Shown here: piece after piece, positions 48,301 through 61,900 of the stretch
Position numbering within the stretch: the first letter of the stretch is position 1
How the letters are laid out: every line of letters starts with the position of its first letter
Source: Euglena gracilis
Taxonomy: Eukaryota
Reading direction: 5' to 3'
DNA: 64,000 nucleotides
Assembly: GCA_039621445.1 (NCBI GenBank)
Contig: CP154954.1
Span: forward strand, 35,821,703 to 35,885,702
The notes under the pieces: generated by a model
Told to the model about the DNA's origin: nothing
Databases searched by the model: none
What the model saw: the letters and a program-made list of their open reading frames with translations, nothing else
Made by a program: the position numbers and the translations under genes

Positions 48301-51300
48301 GCAAAAAGTGGATAAAAAGCAGTCAGAAGTGGCCTAAAATGGACACAAATGTGCAAAAATAGCCAGAAGCAGCCAAAAATGGTCTAAAATGCCAAAATGC
48401 AGCCCACGGTGGTCAAAAGTAGCCAAAAGTGGTCCAAAATGGCCAAAAAAAAATGGCCAAAAAGGCAAAAAGCTGCTAATTTGCAGGAAACCAGACAAAA
48501 AAAAGAATGCAAGTCAACTACAGATGGGGTACTGGTGGAAATTTGTGAAAATTGCACATTCGGACATGATTCTTCTCACGCGGACCATTAATCCAGAAGA
48601 AAAATCTGTGCATGGAAAAAAAATCTCCGGTGGGATCCGGTGGGATCCGGTGGGACCCGGTGGGATCCGGTGGGATCCGGTGGGAACCCACTAGTCAAAT
48701 GGTCGAAAAAACACCGGTGGGATCCGGTGGGATCCGGTGGGATCCGGTGGGATCCGGTGGGATCCGGTGGCTGTCCTTGCCTGGTTGGCAGCCCAAAACG
48801 GGGCGCTGGTGGGTCGAAAAACGCTCATTTTCGGCCCAAAAACAGTTTTTCTGAGTCCGGGAGGCCAAAAAACATCGTTTCAGGTCAAAATTTTTTTCGA
48901 TTTTTATCGACTTTTTTGACCCAGAGTGGGTTGGCAACCCAAAACGGGGCGCTGGCGGGTCGAAAAACGATCATTTTCGGCTCAAAAACAGTCCTTGGGT
49001 CATGATGGCCATCTTGGGTCTTGATGGGCATCATGGGTCATGATGCCCATTATGGGTCATGATGCGCACCATGGGTCATGATGGCCATGATGGGCTGGGG
49101 GGTCGAAAAACGCCCATTTTCGGCTCGGAGGCCAAAAGGCATGGTTTTGGGCAAAAAAAATTCGATATTTTTCGACTTTTTTGGCCGAAAATGGCTAAGT
49201 CCACCAGTGGAAAAAGTGTACAAAATGGCCCCCATTGGTCGAAAACGGGCATATCTCGGACTGGGCGGGGAGTTGCGGGGAAATCAAAATACCGGTAGAT
49301 GGGGCGTTCCAAGGGCTTCAAATTAGGTCTCTGGACATTTCCTTTCATTTTGCTTCATTTTCGAGATATTTTGAAAATTGACATTTTTTGGCCGAAATGG
49401 CAGAGTCCAAAGGGGGGGGGGCTTATCCAGGGGGGGGGGGCGGGCCAATCCTACCCAGTTTGGACCCCTTCGTGCGTGAATGACTCGGGCCTGGCGGGGA
49501 GTTGGGGGTCAAACCCAGGTGATTCGGAAACTAGAAATCCAGTCGCTCGCGACTGGAAAAAAAAAACGGGAACGGGGCCGGGATCATGGTGATAATCCGC
49601 CGGTTCCCGAGGTGGCCCCGAGGGAGGGGGAGGGGGGTTTGGGGGGGGTTTTCCCCCAGGGGTAAGCTTCGCTCTTACCCATAAAGGGATAAGAGCTCAA
49701 CGACCCCCCATACCCCCATACCCTAGGTATGGGGGCCCCACTTCGTGCCATATGTGGGACGTCATGTGAATTCATGGCTAAAGAGAAGAAAAAGGAAAAC
49801 TAAAAATTCCTTCTTAAATTAAGCAGAGAGAAGGAAGAAATTTTTGGAAAAAAACAGATTTTGCCAAAATTAATTCTTCCAAAATAAAAATTTTGCCAAA
49901 ATTTTTTTAAAATTTTTCTCGTATTTTTTTGCTGTAATTTTTGTCTTCCGTAAGTTTTAGCCACACTGTAAAAAGAAGCCTGCCAGGGTCCCCTCCTTCC
50001 CCCTTTATGTCACGACTTTGTTGCAATTCCGGTCAATTATAAGAGTACGGTAAGCTTTTGGATGTGTACTTTGGGTATTGGCCACTCTTTGAACAAATTA
50101 GGCCCAGATTTAGAATACATTTTAAACCGCATTTTGGCCGAAATTTCGTCCAGACCACCTTCCCCCACCCTAAACCCCCCCCCCCCTAATAGAAGCACGG
50201 GTGCGCTTATAGCGGACTGCCGCCTCCGGCAGCGGGGGGGGGGGGTGTGCTTCTATTTGGACCCTACCTGCGCGATTTCTTGTTGATTTCCTTTAGAGAT
50301 CCCATCAAAATGGGGGGGTGCTTGTAGTGGACCGCAGCCTCCGGCGGCGGCGGGTGCGATTTTATTTAGACCCTGCGCTTGTAGCGGCCCCGCGCTTCTA
50401 TTAGGGGGGGGGGGGGCGGGTTTATTTATAATTTAACCGTAACTCCAACCTATCACCAATACAACCCGAACCTGAACTTAAATGTGTTCATCCAAAACGC
50501 TGTCGCATGCCACCAACATACAGCAAGGTTCCGCATCGAAACCTTGGAAGTGGCTGCATTAAACATTTTTCATTTTTTCATTGTATAATGCAGTGGTCCT
50601 GCTTGTATATAACGTGTGGGGTAGGCCCATGGCAGGAGGCTGCCATGTGTCCTGTTGTTTGTTGTTGGAGGGAGGAGGGGAGCACGTTGTGTTGTTACGC
50701 TGTAGTGCATTGGATTGTATTGGGTTAGGTTGCGGTCATGCAAGTCGGTGCGAGTGGGCGCGCACGGGAGATGTTTGGGTTCAAAAGTGCATGCACAATT
50801 CCTGAAGACCTTGGGACAGGGTATGCGCATTGGGCAGGTGAAGCTGCGGTAAGAGGGGGGATTTCAAAAAAAACGGCACATGTAAGAAAAAATCCTTTAG
50901 AATGTACAAAGTACTTAACTTAACTCACGCTGAAGGATTATGAACTGTAAAAAGCTGTAGAATAAACTGCGAAAATCCCGAGCAGAGGTTTTTTAAGACC
51001 TGGGGGAAGAGGGGGTCCGGAACGCACCCACTCAACCACAGGGCCCGTGGGGGTTCGGGGGGACCCACTTTTGGCGTTTGGGGGGAGATTTTGAGGTCCA
51101 AAATTTCTTTGGCGGTTTGCGTCGAAAATAGACAGGAAAACCCCCCTCTGGCTCTGGTTTGTCCCGACTCCCTCCCCCACAGGGAAGGGGGGCCAGACCC
51201 ACCCGCCTGCCCGCCCACCAACCCTTCGCTTCTCGGGGCACCAGGAGTAAAATATATATGGCAGCCTCCAACTATACGACCCGTGGGTCCTTTAGTTGGA

Positions 51301-51767
51301 CCGGGGGGGGGGGGTCGTGTGGTGGGACCTAGGTCCAACCTTCGAAGAAAGTCGGGGTTATGGATTGGGATAGGGTTGGGGTTATGGCTGGCGGGCCGCA
51401 GGGCTCCAATTTTTGGGAAGTTAGGGGCGCCTTTCGGAAGCATTTGGGCCGAATTTGGACCCAATTTGGACATTTTCAGGCAAACATGCGTTTTCGAAAG
51501 TCTTCCCAGATGGGGACCTAACTTCCGGCCTAACTTGGTCCCTAAAATTTGCCAAATTTCGGCGCGCCAATCCTAACCCTAACCTTATTCCTAAAACTAA
51601 GTGGGAACCCTCCCCGAATCCGCCGATGGTTGCCCAGAATCTGCGCGTTATCCCGGCGCCGTGGGTATATGTATATGTATATGTATATGTATGTATATAT
51701 ATATATATATATGTATATGTGTGTGTATATATATGTATACATATGTATATATATGCATATGTGTGTG

Positions 51768-51804
<37 letters not shown>

Positions 51805-52851
51805 ATACATGGCAGCTCCCCGCTATATGGCCCCCCAGGGGGGGCATATAGTGGGGAGTAGGGGTCAAGATAATTTTTTTGCGTTAATGATGGAATAGGG
51901 TTAGGTGCGCGAGTTAGGCGTTAGGCTTTAAGACGGGCTAACCCTAAGCCTAAGTCGCGCACCTAAACCCTATTCTAAACCCCGTTATTGAAGGTATAGG
52001 GTAAGGTGCGCACATGCTAATTTGCGCTAATTGGCTATGTTGCGCTAATCGGCTATGTTGCGCAACATAGCCGATTAGCGCAACATAGCCAATTAGCGCA
52101 AATTAGCATGTGCGCACCTAACCCTATACCTTCCATTAAGGGGGTGCCCAACCCGGTGTCAAGCTTAGTCCCCCGGGGGGGTACTTAACTTAACACTTGC
52201 CATATATATAAGTGTGTGTATACATATATACATATATATAATGTATATAATATACATACACGCATGCATATGTATATATCTGATCCCGAGACAGCCAAAA
52301 CCAAAAAAAAGTTCTTCAACAGCTTTAATTTTTTTGTCCCTGTTTGATCCAGGCATTCTTTGGGGGGTGCATTTTCGGGCCTCCAGTACCGTCTGTACCA
52401 TGGCTGGCCGCCACCCCCCCCCCAAGAGTCTGTTGGAAAACCACAACACAGCGTCCAAACCCCGCGACGGCATGGGGGTGGTGGGGCAAATCCGTCCCCA
52501 GCCGGCGGTATCCTGGGTCCACAACGCCGGGGTCCTCAGGGGCTGCATGGGGGAGGACGACAGCTTCCAGGGAGGTGCGGAATACGACCCGCTCTCCTTC
52601 CTGCTGGAGCGACACGGCCATCCCAGAGATCTGGGCTGCGGGCAGGTGGCCAGCCTCCCAGGAAATGCCTTCGTTGCCATGGTCCGGCATGTGCACGTGT
52701 GTGCGCGTGTGTGTGTGTGTGTGTGCGTTGTGTGTTGTGTGTGTGTGTGCGTGCGTGCGTGCATGTGTGCATGTGTGCGCGTGCGCGTGTGCGTGCACGT
52801 GCGCGTGTGCATGCGCGTGTGCGTGTGTACGTGCATGCGTGTGTGCGTGTG

Positions 52852-52883
<32 letters not shown>

Positions 52884-52892
52884 TGTGCGTGC

Positions 52893-52931
<39 letters not shown>

Positions 52932-55900
52932 AGAATCAAACCTCCTCATGTAAAAAGGGTCAGAATTATGGACATAAAATAAGGCACCACAAGTATTGCG
53001 TGGGTTTGAGAAAATATGTTTGACAAATGTTAAGTATTTCAACAGTTTAGACAGGACACTTTAGATACAATAAATTTGTAGGATGGCATCCTTTCTAGTA
53101 TTGTTTCCCATTCTCTCATGTAAAAGTTCTTCTCCATTTGGATCCTGGCCAGTCATATGCAACCCAGTGACAGCGTCTGAAGAAGAAAATTAATCAGAAG
53201 AGGAATCCACCGAACCCAGCCAGGGCCCCCTGACTGCCATAAACATGTGTCGCAGACCGAGGTTCTCCAGCACGGTGCTTTCAGATTCCACTGGTGGCCC
53301 GTGGAGCACCTGGTTGATGAACTCCTCCGTGCCAGCGACCCCCTCCCCAGGAAACGGTACACATAAATTAAACATGCAGTGAGTGTGTGCAGGCGAAAAT
53401 GTTTCAAAAATGTTCGCTCAAGTTTCAAAAATGTTTCAAAAAATGTTGCAAACATGTTTCAAAAATTATTGAAAATGTTTCAAAAAATCTTTCAAAAATG
53501 TTTCAAAAATACTCAAAAAATGTTTAAAAATGTTTAAAAAAAGTTAGATAAATATCATGTGATGACGCGGCGACAACGGCACCGCTGATTTCAATGATGG
53601 TGAGCAGGAAGATCGTCCACGGCACCGGTCCTCAGCCTCCCGAAAGGGAAGCGCTGCTCGGTGAGCTTTGGTTCCTCGGCCCGAACGCGGTTGGTGACCT
53701 CGAACACCACCCGGAAGCGATTGCCGGTGGCCTCGTCCAGGTTTTGGAGGGAAATTGCGAGGGTGGTGGGGGACGTGCCAGCTGCAGGCAACCCCCGTGG
53801 CTTGGCAGAACTGCGGTCGCGCCGTGCGCATACTGTCCTCCTCCCCCACGGAACCTTAAACCAGGGAGGGAGGCAACAAGGCCCTTGATGAAGTTGATTA
53901 AGAGATTCAGAGAGGGTGGGGGGCAAAGTCCTGCAGATTGACGCATCCGGAATTCCGGATGGATGCAGATCGACCCAGCCAGATGCATCGGATAATTACG
54001 CCGTGCACATTTCCTCCTTTTCTTCAATGAATCCCACGAAGTTTCGTGAAGGGTTTTGCAAAACGATCTACTGCGACGGTTGACCGCAATGCCACAATGT
54101 GCGAAACCACATATCTCCAAACCACAAAAAAAATCAATTGATTCCAGCAAGGAAAAACATCAAAGAAATGTCTTTATTTTCCTTCACTGCGGAGTTGATT
54201 GGTCAAATGGGGGCTGGATAGATCAGGTGGGTTCATGAATGGGGAGGGGGAGTTCTGGGAAGGAGGTTCGTTGCTGCAAAATGATTTCCATGTGGAGAAT
54301 TGGAACAAGCTGGTGCCATAGAGGAACGCCTTCCACCATCACTGGTGGGGATATTTAGCCAGAACAATTGTCGGCAGAAAAAAAATCTTACAGGAAAAAA
54401 ATTGGACAAATTTTCGTCCAGAACTTTTCCCACGGCATTTTCTCTCATTCCAGCCCCCCCCCCCCCGGTATCGTACCATGCAGCGGGGCCGGGGGCGGTC
54501 CTGGCCGTCGCCGTGGCACAGCGCGTTGGTCACGGCATTGTCCAGCACGATCTCGCACGCCAGGGGGTCCAGCAGCGCCACCTCCGGGGCGATGTCGCAC
54601 GCCACAGCACCAGCGCCCCCCGGGGCCGGGGCGTGGGCCGCCACCGGGAAACCCCCCCAGCCCCCCCTCCCAGGGTTCCCAGGGTTCCCCCCGGGGGGAG
54701 ATATACTTTTCGGCGCCGAAGGAGTGGAAAATTTTATAAAAGGTTCTATTTTTAGCATTTTTGCAAATTTTTGGCCGTTTTCCAGCCATTTTCGGGGAAA
54801 AGTCGGTGGGTCTCCCCAGTCCCCCCTCCCTGGGTCCCCCGGGGGGGGGGGGGACCCCCGCCGCGGGCTGTCTGGCTGTCTGTACAGCAAGGCCTGCCCA
54901 GGTTATTTGACCCCCCACCCACCAGGGTAACCAGGATACCCCCGCCAGAGGGAGGGGATGGTCGCCCCCCCCCCGCCCACCTTGAATGGGTACCACGCCC
55001 GGGCTTCTTTTGTGATCAGATGCTCTCCTGGAACAGGTGGGAAAGGAAAACCCAGACACACCACGGCCAATGGGCATCCTGAAAACTGAAAAATTTTTGA
55101 ATTTTAATGAATTTAAACTGGCAAAAAATGGTGTTTTGAGGGTTGGGGGGGTGCTTCTACCTCCATGTTTTTGCTGAAAAATTCCAACCCAGCTGAACTT
55201 GATGGTTTTTTTGAATGCGTGTGATTTTGTGGATTCCTACACAGCCCTGCCCCGCCCCCTCCGGAGACGCCTGTGGTGGGCGTCGGTTTCGCTGTCAGTT
55301 CCACGTGCTGGGGCCAAACTGCCAGCCAAAATGGGAACCGAAGCAAGCCCTGGGCGAGGGGAGGGGGCGACCCCCCCCCTTGCGCATTGCTCTTTTCCCG
55401 CTGGCGCCATTTTCCTGGTCAAATTCCTTCGGCGCCTTCGGTTCCACAGGAGCTTCCCCCGCTGCGAAATGCCACAGTCGGTGGAGGGGGGGGTCCCCAG
55501 GCATTCCCATACAAAGACGGCCCTGTGGCTATGTTGGCCTGGGACAAACCCAGCTCAGGAGCCGGGGCATACACCGGGGGACCACAAAACTTTCTCGTCA
55601 ACATCACATTCACATTAACGTTCACATTCTTCACGTTCACATTCCCATCACGAAACCCTGCGGCGGTCCCACTCGGCCCGGGTGGCTCTGGCCATTGCGG
55701 CCCTGCACCACATCTGCGCCAAAGGTCTGCAGATCAGTGGCGACGGCAGAGCCCGCCGGGGTGGCCCGCCCCAGCCCAGCCCCCTCATTCTTCTGCAGAA
55801 AAAAAAAATGAACGCCGGCCGAATGAATGCAGGGGGGGGGGACAGGAAGCGGAGGAGACGAAGGCTTTGAGGGTGTGAGGGATCGATTTTGATTGCATTT

Positions 55901-58900
55901 TCATTTGGGAGCACATGTTCTTGTGCAGGGAATCCTGGAATTTCCTTTGATTTAGAGACAGGTCGTGCCCCGAGTTATCGTCCACAGCACATAGCCGACA
56001 CTCAGCACATAGCCGACAAACGGATGGCTGGAAAAACTTTCAAGGGTTTCTTCCCGATTTGGCAGGGTTTTGGGTTGGTGGGTCAGTCCCCCCCCCCCCG
56101 GTGGTTGATCCTTGTGAAATAGTGGGTGGGTTTGGGCTTGGAAAACAGTCCCCAGGTGTCACTATGTGGCCCCATGGGAGTAAATTTTTTGGGGGTAAGC
56201 AGGTGGCTCTCCAGTCTCTTTCGGCGTCAAATTTCCGGCGAAATTCATGTGACCCCCGCCCACCACAGGATAGAGGGGCGGTCCAACTGTCCTAACCCAC
56301 CCACCCACCCGGGGGGGGGGGGGGTTACGCAGGTGTTAAACGGACCTATGGTTTCCACCTGGAAGTCAGCGAGTACAATCCTTGTAATGGATTTTTCAAC
56401 ATGACAATTCAGTCGGTGCAGTCTGTAGTGACTGATGAACACAGGATGGCAAAGGCCCATGGTGAGAGGGCACCTTGGACCGTGCACCATACCTCTCCAC
56501 AGTTTGGATGCTCCGGCGGAGCCCATGATGCATTAAGAACCTTCAATTTCATTTTGTCACAAAGTGTGCCCATGTGGAGAGGGAACACAATGTGAAAATC
56601 CAGGAAAAAAAATGGAAAAAGTGCGCATGAAGGCAAAAAAAAGACAGAGGCGTCGTAACGGAAGCTTCTCCTTCGTCCGTTCCTTTCCCTTCACTGCCCA
56701 CACATTCAGACCATCGCAGGCAGACACAAACAAAACTGTGCAGGACCCTTCAGGACCGCCAATCGCACCGGCCAGATGCCTGTGCGCCTTCCCCCGACGC
56801 ACCCTGGGGGACCAGCGTTGGGGTGTGTAGCTCCCGGACGTCATCCGCAGGATGGCCTCCCGGCGGCGGCACCAGCTCATGCCCCGCTGCAGGCACTACT
56901 GCCAGGCGGAATTTGACCAACCCCCCCCCCCCCCCGGGGGGTGGGGTCGGCCTCGCCTTAAGCTTCAGCCTGATTGGCGTGCCTGCTGCAGCTGCCCCAG
57001 GTCCGCCCCCGCACGGCGGGAGGCCCAGCCCACAGCCCCGCCTGCCCCTCCGGCGGCTCGGCCGGGGGCGACCCCACCCCCGGGCCGAGCGTTGCGCTCA
57101 GGGGTTATTTTTTCTAAGACCGGGGGGGTCACGGGGGACCCACCCACTTTTCCCCGAAAGTGGCAAAAAAAAATCGCAACCTTTTTCAAAAATTTTCGGC
57201 GCCTTCGGCGTCGAAAAGTATATCACACCCCCCTCCCTGGTTCCCGGGGGTCCAAGGCAAAAAAAAACCCTGGTTGCGCTCGCCTGCCCTTGGTCCCTCC
57301 ACGAGGCGGGGGGGGGAGGCAACTTTTGGAGCGGATTCCGCGGGGCTGGGGAGGAAGGCTGGCGTTGCCCTGTCATTCTCTTGCTTTCTTTTGGTCGCAA
57401 AAGGCAACAGAGTTCCCTCGGGGATTTTGGTAAAACTCTTCTTTCTCTCTTGAGAAAATTGCACTTCTTTATGTGAGCACCCATCAGCTTGAGCCGGCTT
57501 GCATGTCAACCCCCCCAAGAAATTGTTGCTGGACAAGTGCCAGGAACATACACTTCTTGTCGACTACCAGGGGGGAGGGAGGTCACTTTCAACATTCAAA
57601 CAACCAGTTGGTCGCTTACCAAAACCAGTCGAAACACTGCCTGTCGGTCATTTTGGCACTGAGACCAAAATGGCTCAACCTTAATTGATATTGGCCAAAA
57701 AAACCCAAAAAATCCGGCGGCTTCGGCGCAGGCTGGTCCACTTTCGGGCGGCGATCACTTTTGGCTCCGAACCCAGGGGTGGTCCGGAGCAAAAAACTAC
57801 TCAGTCGATCCAAAAAAAACCCAGTCTGTCACCCCCCGGGTATGCAATGGTGTGGTCAGGAACCCTGACAACCTCCCATGATGACAGCTGGACTGTTGCA
57901 AATTCCAGGGCCGGATCCAGTTCTCGAGTATGACAGCTTCTTGGGTGAGTTGATATGCAATGGCATCAAACTTGTGCAATGTATCTCTCGCCTTCAGCTA
58001 ATCACTTTCCTGCCTCCAGATTCCAGGTTTTGTCTTCTTAACCTTAGAACTACCTGAATAATTACTTTGCCTTACCTTAACTTGCCTCACCTTAAAATTT
58101 AGGATGGGTCCTCTTTATGGTGGGAATAGGGAAAAGCTCCCAAGGGGTGCTCATTCAAGGGAATGAGCCTGAGTTGGGTTGTCATCCTTGAAGACCCCCC
58201 CCTTGATCCCTCAAACTCCCCATGAGGCTTTGCCTCGCTGCTGTCCTGTGCGCGCACACTTCCGGGTGTACGTTTTGGCTGACGCCAGACAACTATGTGC
58301 CCCGCATTAAGCTCCCCCCCCCACTTATGCCCAACAACCAGTGATCTCTGTCCCCAGCCGGGTGGTGGTTGTTGGACACGTTTCAGCCAAAAAAAGTATC
58401 CTCCGATTGGGGGGGGGGGGTCGTTGGACATCGGGGGAGGGGGCAGTTATGGGAAATGCATGCTTTCCATACAGACTCCAAAGAACAAAACAAGGTCTCA
58501 TGGTACGATGGCACAGCGGGGCAGGAGGCTGGGGGTGGGGTGCCAGGAGGGGAGGGGGTTAGGCCCGTTGGTGTTTACAATTTCGACAAAAAGCTCGCAG
58601 CACCCGTAAATGAACTCTCTCCAGGCCTGTCTTGCTTTAAAAAGTTTTGATGCCCACACCTCATGTGACTATGTATCTGACTCATTGAGGGGGGGGGGTG
58701 CTCACAAAAAAGATCGTGCCTGGACAGTCATCCAAACGGGCCCTTCACGCTTCTGAAGGCAGGGCCTCGCCGGCTCTCAAAGAGGTAGATGCAGCGCCCA
58801 GGCGTCCGCCATAGCATTCTTCAGGATGGGCGGAGTGCGAAGCGTCGGGAGTGTTGGGGGGGCCGCCGATGGGGGGGGGGGGGCTGCCATGGAGAACTGG

Positions 58901-61900
58901 GCGGAAAAAGTCTGCTGTAGTTCCGCCCCCCCCCCCTAAACCCCCCGGCATTCCACAAACCAAGGCTTCTGACTCCCCCCCCACTCCGTCTGTGCTGCAA
59001 AAAAAAACAGGTCGCACTCACAGGGTGGCCCATCAGATGGTGATCGTAAACCATGACCTTCTCCGATAACCTTGCATACACCCGCAGGGGTCGAAAGTGA
59101 TTTTTCTCGACCCAGAACTGCACATGAAGCCTCGACTTTTTTAAAAACTGTAAGCGGTCTCCCCCAGGACGTCGTCAAATGACGTCCCACAACCAAGGGG
59201 TAGATTCAAAATGACATTCACCAAACTCAACGCACCAACGCATCAAAAGCCCCAAGCATAAACCTTTGTAAGTAAACCTTCGTCAGTTTGGGCTGACGCA
59301 AGAACTGATGTCCCAGGCACCGTCTTCATGCCCCAACCGATAGTTCTCGATATGACGCCTCTGTTTACAACATGACTTTGGTCAATGTCTGTGTTCCTAA
59401 ACACAAGATTTGGCACGTCAAAGCCTGCGTTCAGAAGCGCAGACTATGCCTGCTGAAGATGGGGATAGCTCAAAGATGGGGGGCCGGAAACCATGTGCAC
59501 CTTGTCCTCTTTGTGGTTGAGCATGGAATCTGCCTTCTCCGATGCCCGCTTCAACGCCTTCTCGCGCTGCATCTGATCGTGCAGGGACTGTGCCTCGATC
59601 ACAGAGCAGCACCAAACACACACACGCACGCACGCACACCCATATGCAGGCGTGCACACACTTATAAATCTGATGAAAGTGTGCTGCCGATGCAAATGCA
59701 TGCGATCCCCCATGTGCACACAGGAAAGAACCAGGGTGGCCCTGGTAGCGGGTCAGGGCGCTCTTCAAGACGAAGTCCGCCTGGAAGTGGCGGTGCTGCA
59801 GGACCAGCATGTAGAAGCTGGCGCAGATGGAGTGGCGGGAAGGGGTCCCCCGCGGCACGCATGTGGTGCGGACGAAAATGATGGGAAAAAATATTACCGA
59901 AAAGGCTCATGGGAAAATCAGATAATTTTCCCATGAGTTTTGTCGCCCATGATTTTTGCCCGGACTGGAGCCCTGGCCTGAACTTCCCGCCCCTGCTCCC
60001 CCCCCCCAGGTTGCTGGTTGAACTGGGGGGGGGGGGAGGTCCTCGTTTCCTGATGACAAGCACAGCACTTGGCTACCGTAGACCAAGTCAGACAAAAAAA
60101 TTCAAAACGGGGCTCAGTTCGGGCCAGCTGGGGCATCCACCAGGGTATTGCGTGAGAGGGGGGGAGGTGAGGGGAGGGGGGTGGTCCCGACCCCCCTCTC
60201 CCCGGGAGAGGGGGAGGGGTCGACCCTCAGGTGTAAATAATAAATAAATAAAAACGGCACAAAGGGCCGGAGATAATTTGAGGGGCTTCAAAAAATGCCC
60301 AAATTGTGTTTTCAGGTGATTTTTCTACCAAATTGATAAAAATAGATGATAAAATATAAGTCTGCTGGCGCGAGGAGCCAAGGAAAACAAATAATTTTTT
60401 TGGTTCCATGGGGGGTCTCCAGACCCCCCTCAGCTCTGGGGGGGGGTCCGACCCCCCCCGGGGTATTAAGTGAGTGGGGAGGAGGTGGTCTAGACCATTC
60501 GGTTACTGGCAGAAACTCCAGGGGAGGGCTTCTATTGTAAAACCCTTTGCATACATGGTGGCTATTTTTGGCTGTTTTCAGCTTTTTTTGGCTCCTTTTG
60601 GTTCTTTTTTGACCATTTCATCGCTTTTGGCCATTTTCATTGTTTCACTGTTGTCTACTGTCATTTTTGGTCCTTTCGGCAGGCTTGGAATTTTTCAGCC
60701 AATCCATAGGTAATTTTTTTGGACAAAAACTTGCACAATTTCAAACTGCTTTCAGAAATTTACACCAATTTTGGACTTTTTTTTTGGTAATTTTGCCCTT
60801 TTTTCCACCTTTTTCTCGTCACGTTTGGCACTTTCATTTCGAAAATTTATGGCGTGATAGGTGTAAGGTTGATGCTCATGAGTGAAGAGGGGAGGGTCGG
60901 AACCCCTGTCAAAACCAAGACTCACTTGGGGCCCTGGCGAACAGGATTTGTCTCCGGGACAGGTGAAAGGGATGGGTGCCCCCCCCACTTTCCTCGGATG
61001 CGGGTAGAAGACATTCAGAAAGTCGGGGTTCTGGACGCCACACCAGAACCAGGAGGCCCAGAAGGGCCTGATTCGATGGTCGTCCCCAAGCAAAAACTTG
61101 GGCCATACCCCGGGATGTGCGAAGAGACAACTTCAGCACACCACAACTGCAACGAAAAACACATACACCTCTGGGGTCAGGATTGCTCCGGAATGTGGGG
61201 GGTCCAGGACGTGTGAAACCCAATGCCTGACAGCGGACAACACAATCTCATTGAAGTGCCAGAAAACGACCCGACAAAACAAAAAAATTGCATAATCTTT
61301 GCTTTCCAAAATCATTGGGCTTTCGAAATTCTAATTTATGCATGATAAAAGGAAACAAAGGACGATTAAGCCAGAGCAAAGATGCAATAAATTCGTGAAC
61401 AAAAGCATGGAGAACGTTTGGGTGATGGACATGTGAAGGTTTTTGGACAGTCATCCAACCAACTTCCCCTAGTAAATAAGACCAAAAAAAAGCCCCCCCC
61501 CAAACAAGAGAAAGGGGGAAGTTCAAAAGACATACGCCCCCGAACATGCGAAAATGCCCCGAAAAATGGGTGGCTTTTGACATTTTCTTTATGTTTATCC
61601 ATTTTGAGGGGTTGAAATGAGCATGATTTGAGATTTTTTTTGCTCGTTGCCGAAATATGGTGCTTTTTGAACCTTCCTGAGGGAGGCGTTTATTCAGCCG
61701 AATTTTTTGGCAAAAAAATACAAAAAAGTGGACCCCAAAAAAATAAGATCCCCTTGGGGATTTTCAAAAAAAGGACCCAAAAGTTGACCCAAGGACTTAT
61801 TGGGGAAGGAGGGGTTACAATAATGGCAGCCAGAGAACTTCATTTGTACGTACTCCAAAGGATGCATGGCCAAGTGCCACGACAAGGATTCTGTCACCCC

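Larger units (their letters stand above)
44385..49752. mobile_element. TIR-bounded element nested in the Tc1-like element
   Basis: CATGGTACAAAGTGGGGCCCCCAT is an inverted match to ATGGGGGCCCCACTTCGTGCCATA; no clean TSD. Confidence 0.55.
43844..49968. mobile_element. Tc1/mariner-type non-autonomous element with nested inserts
   Basis: TA|CAGTGCAGCTAAAAATTACGGAAGACA ... TGTCTTCCGTAAGTTTTAGCCACACTG|TA. Confidence 0.85.
43615..49982. mobile_element. hAT-type MITE split by a 6.1-kb nested insertion
   Basis: Termini are CAGGCATCTTTTAAAGAC and, after removing the insert, GACTTAAAAAGAAGCCTG. Degenerate 8-bp TSD CCAAGATC / CCAGGGTC. Confidence 0.7.

Noticed and set aside
52500-52681. Plus-strand AG/GT-bounded exon ([10 protein letters not shown]...AM)
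   Set aside because: It is the antisense shadow of the minus-strand exon 52519-52637, which joins its neighbours in frame and completes the HATPase fold.
53390-53545. Degenerate AAAATGTTTCA ~11-bp repeats
   Set aside because: Ordinary low-complexity intronic minisatellite.
60990-61045. Candidate extra kinase exon [10 protein letters not shown] (minus strand)
   Set aside because: Plausible, but I could not define paired intron ends or a consistent phase, so it is not called.
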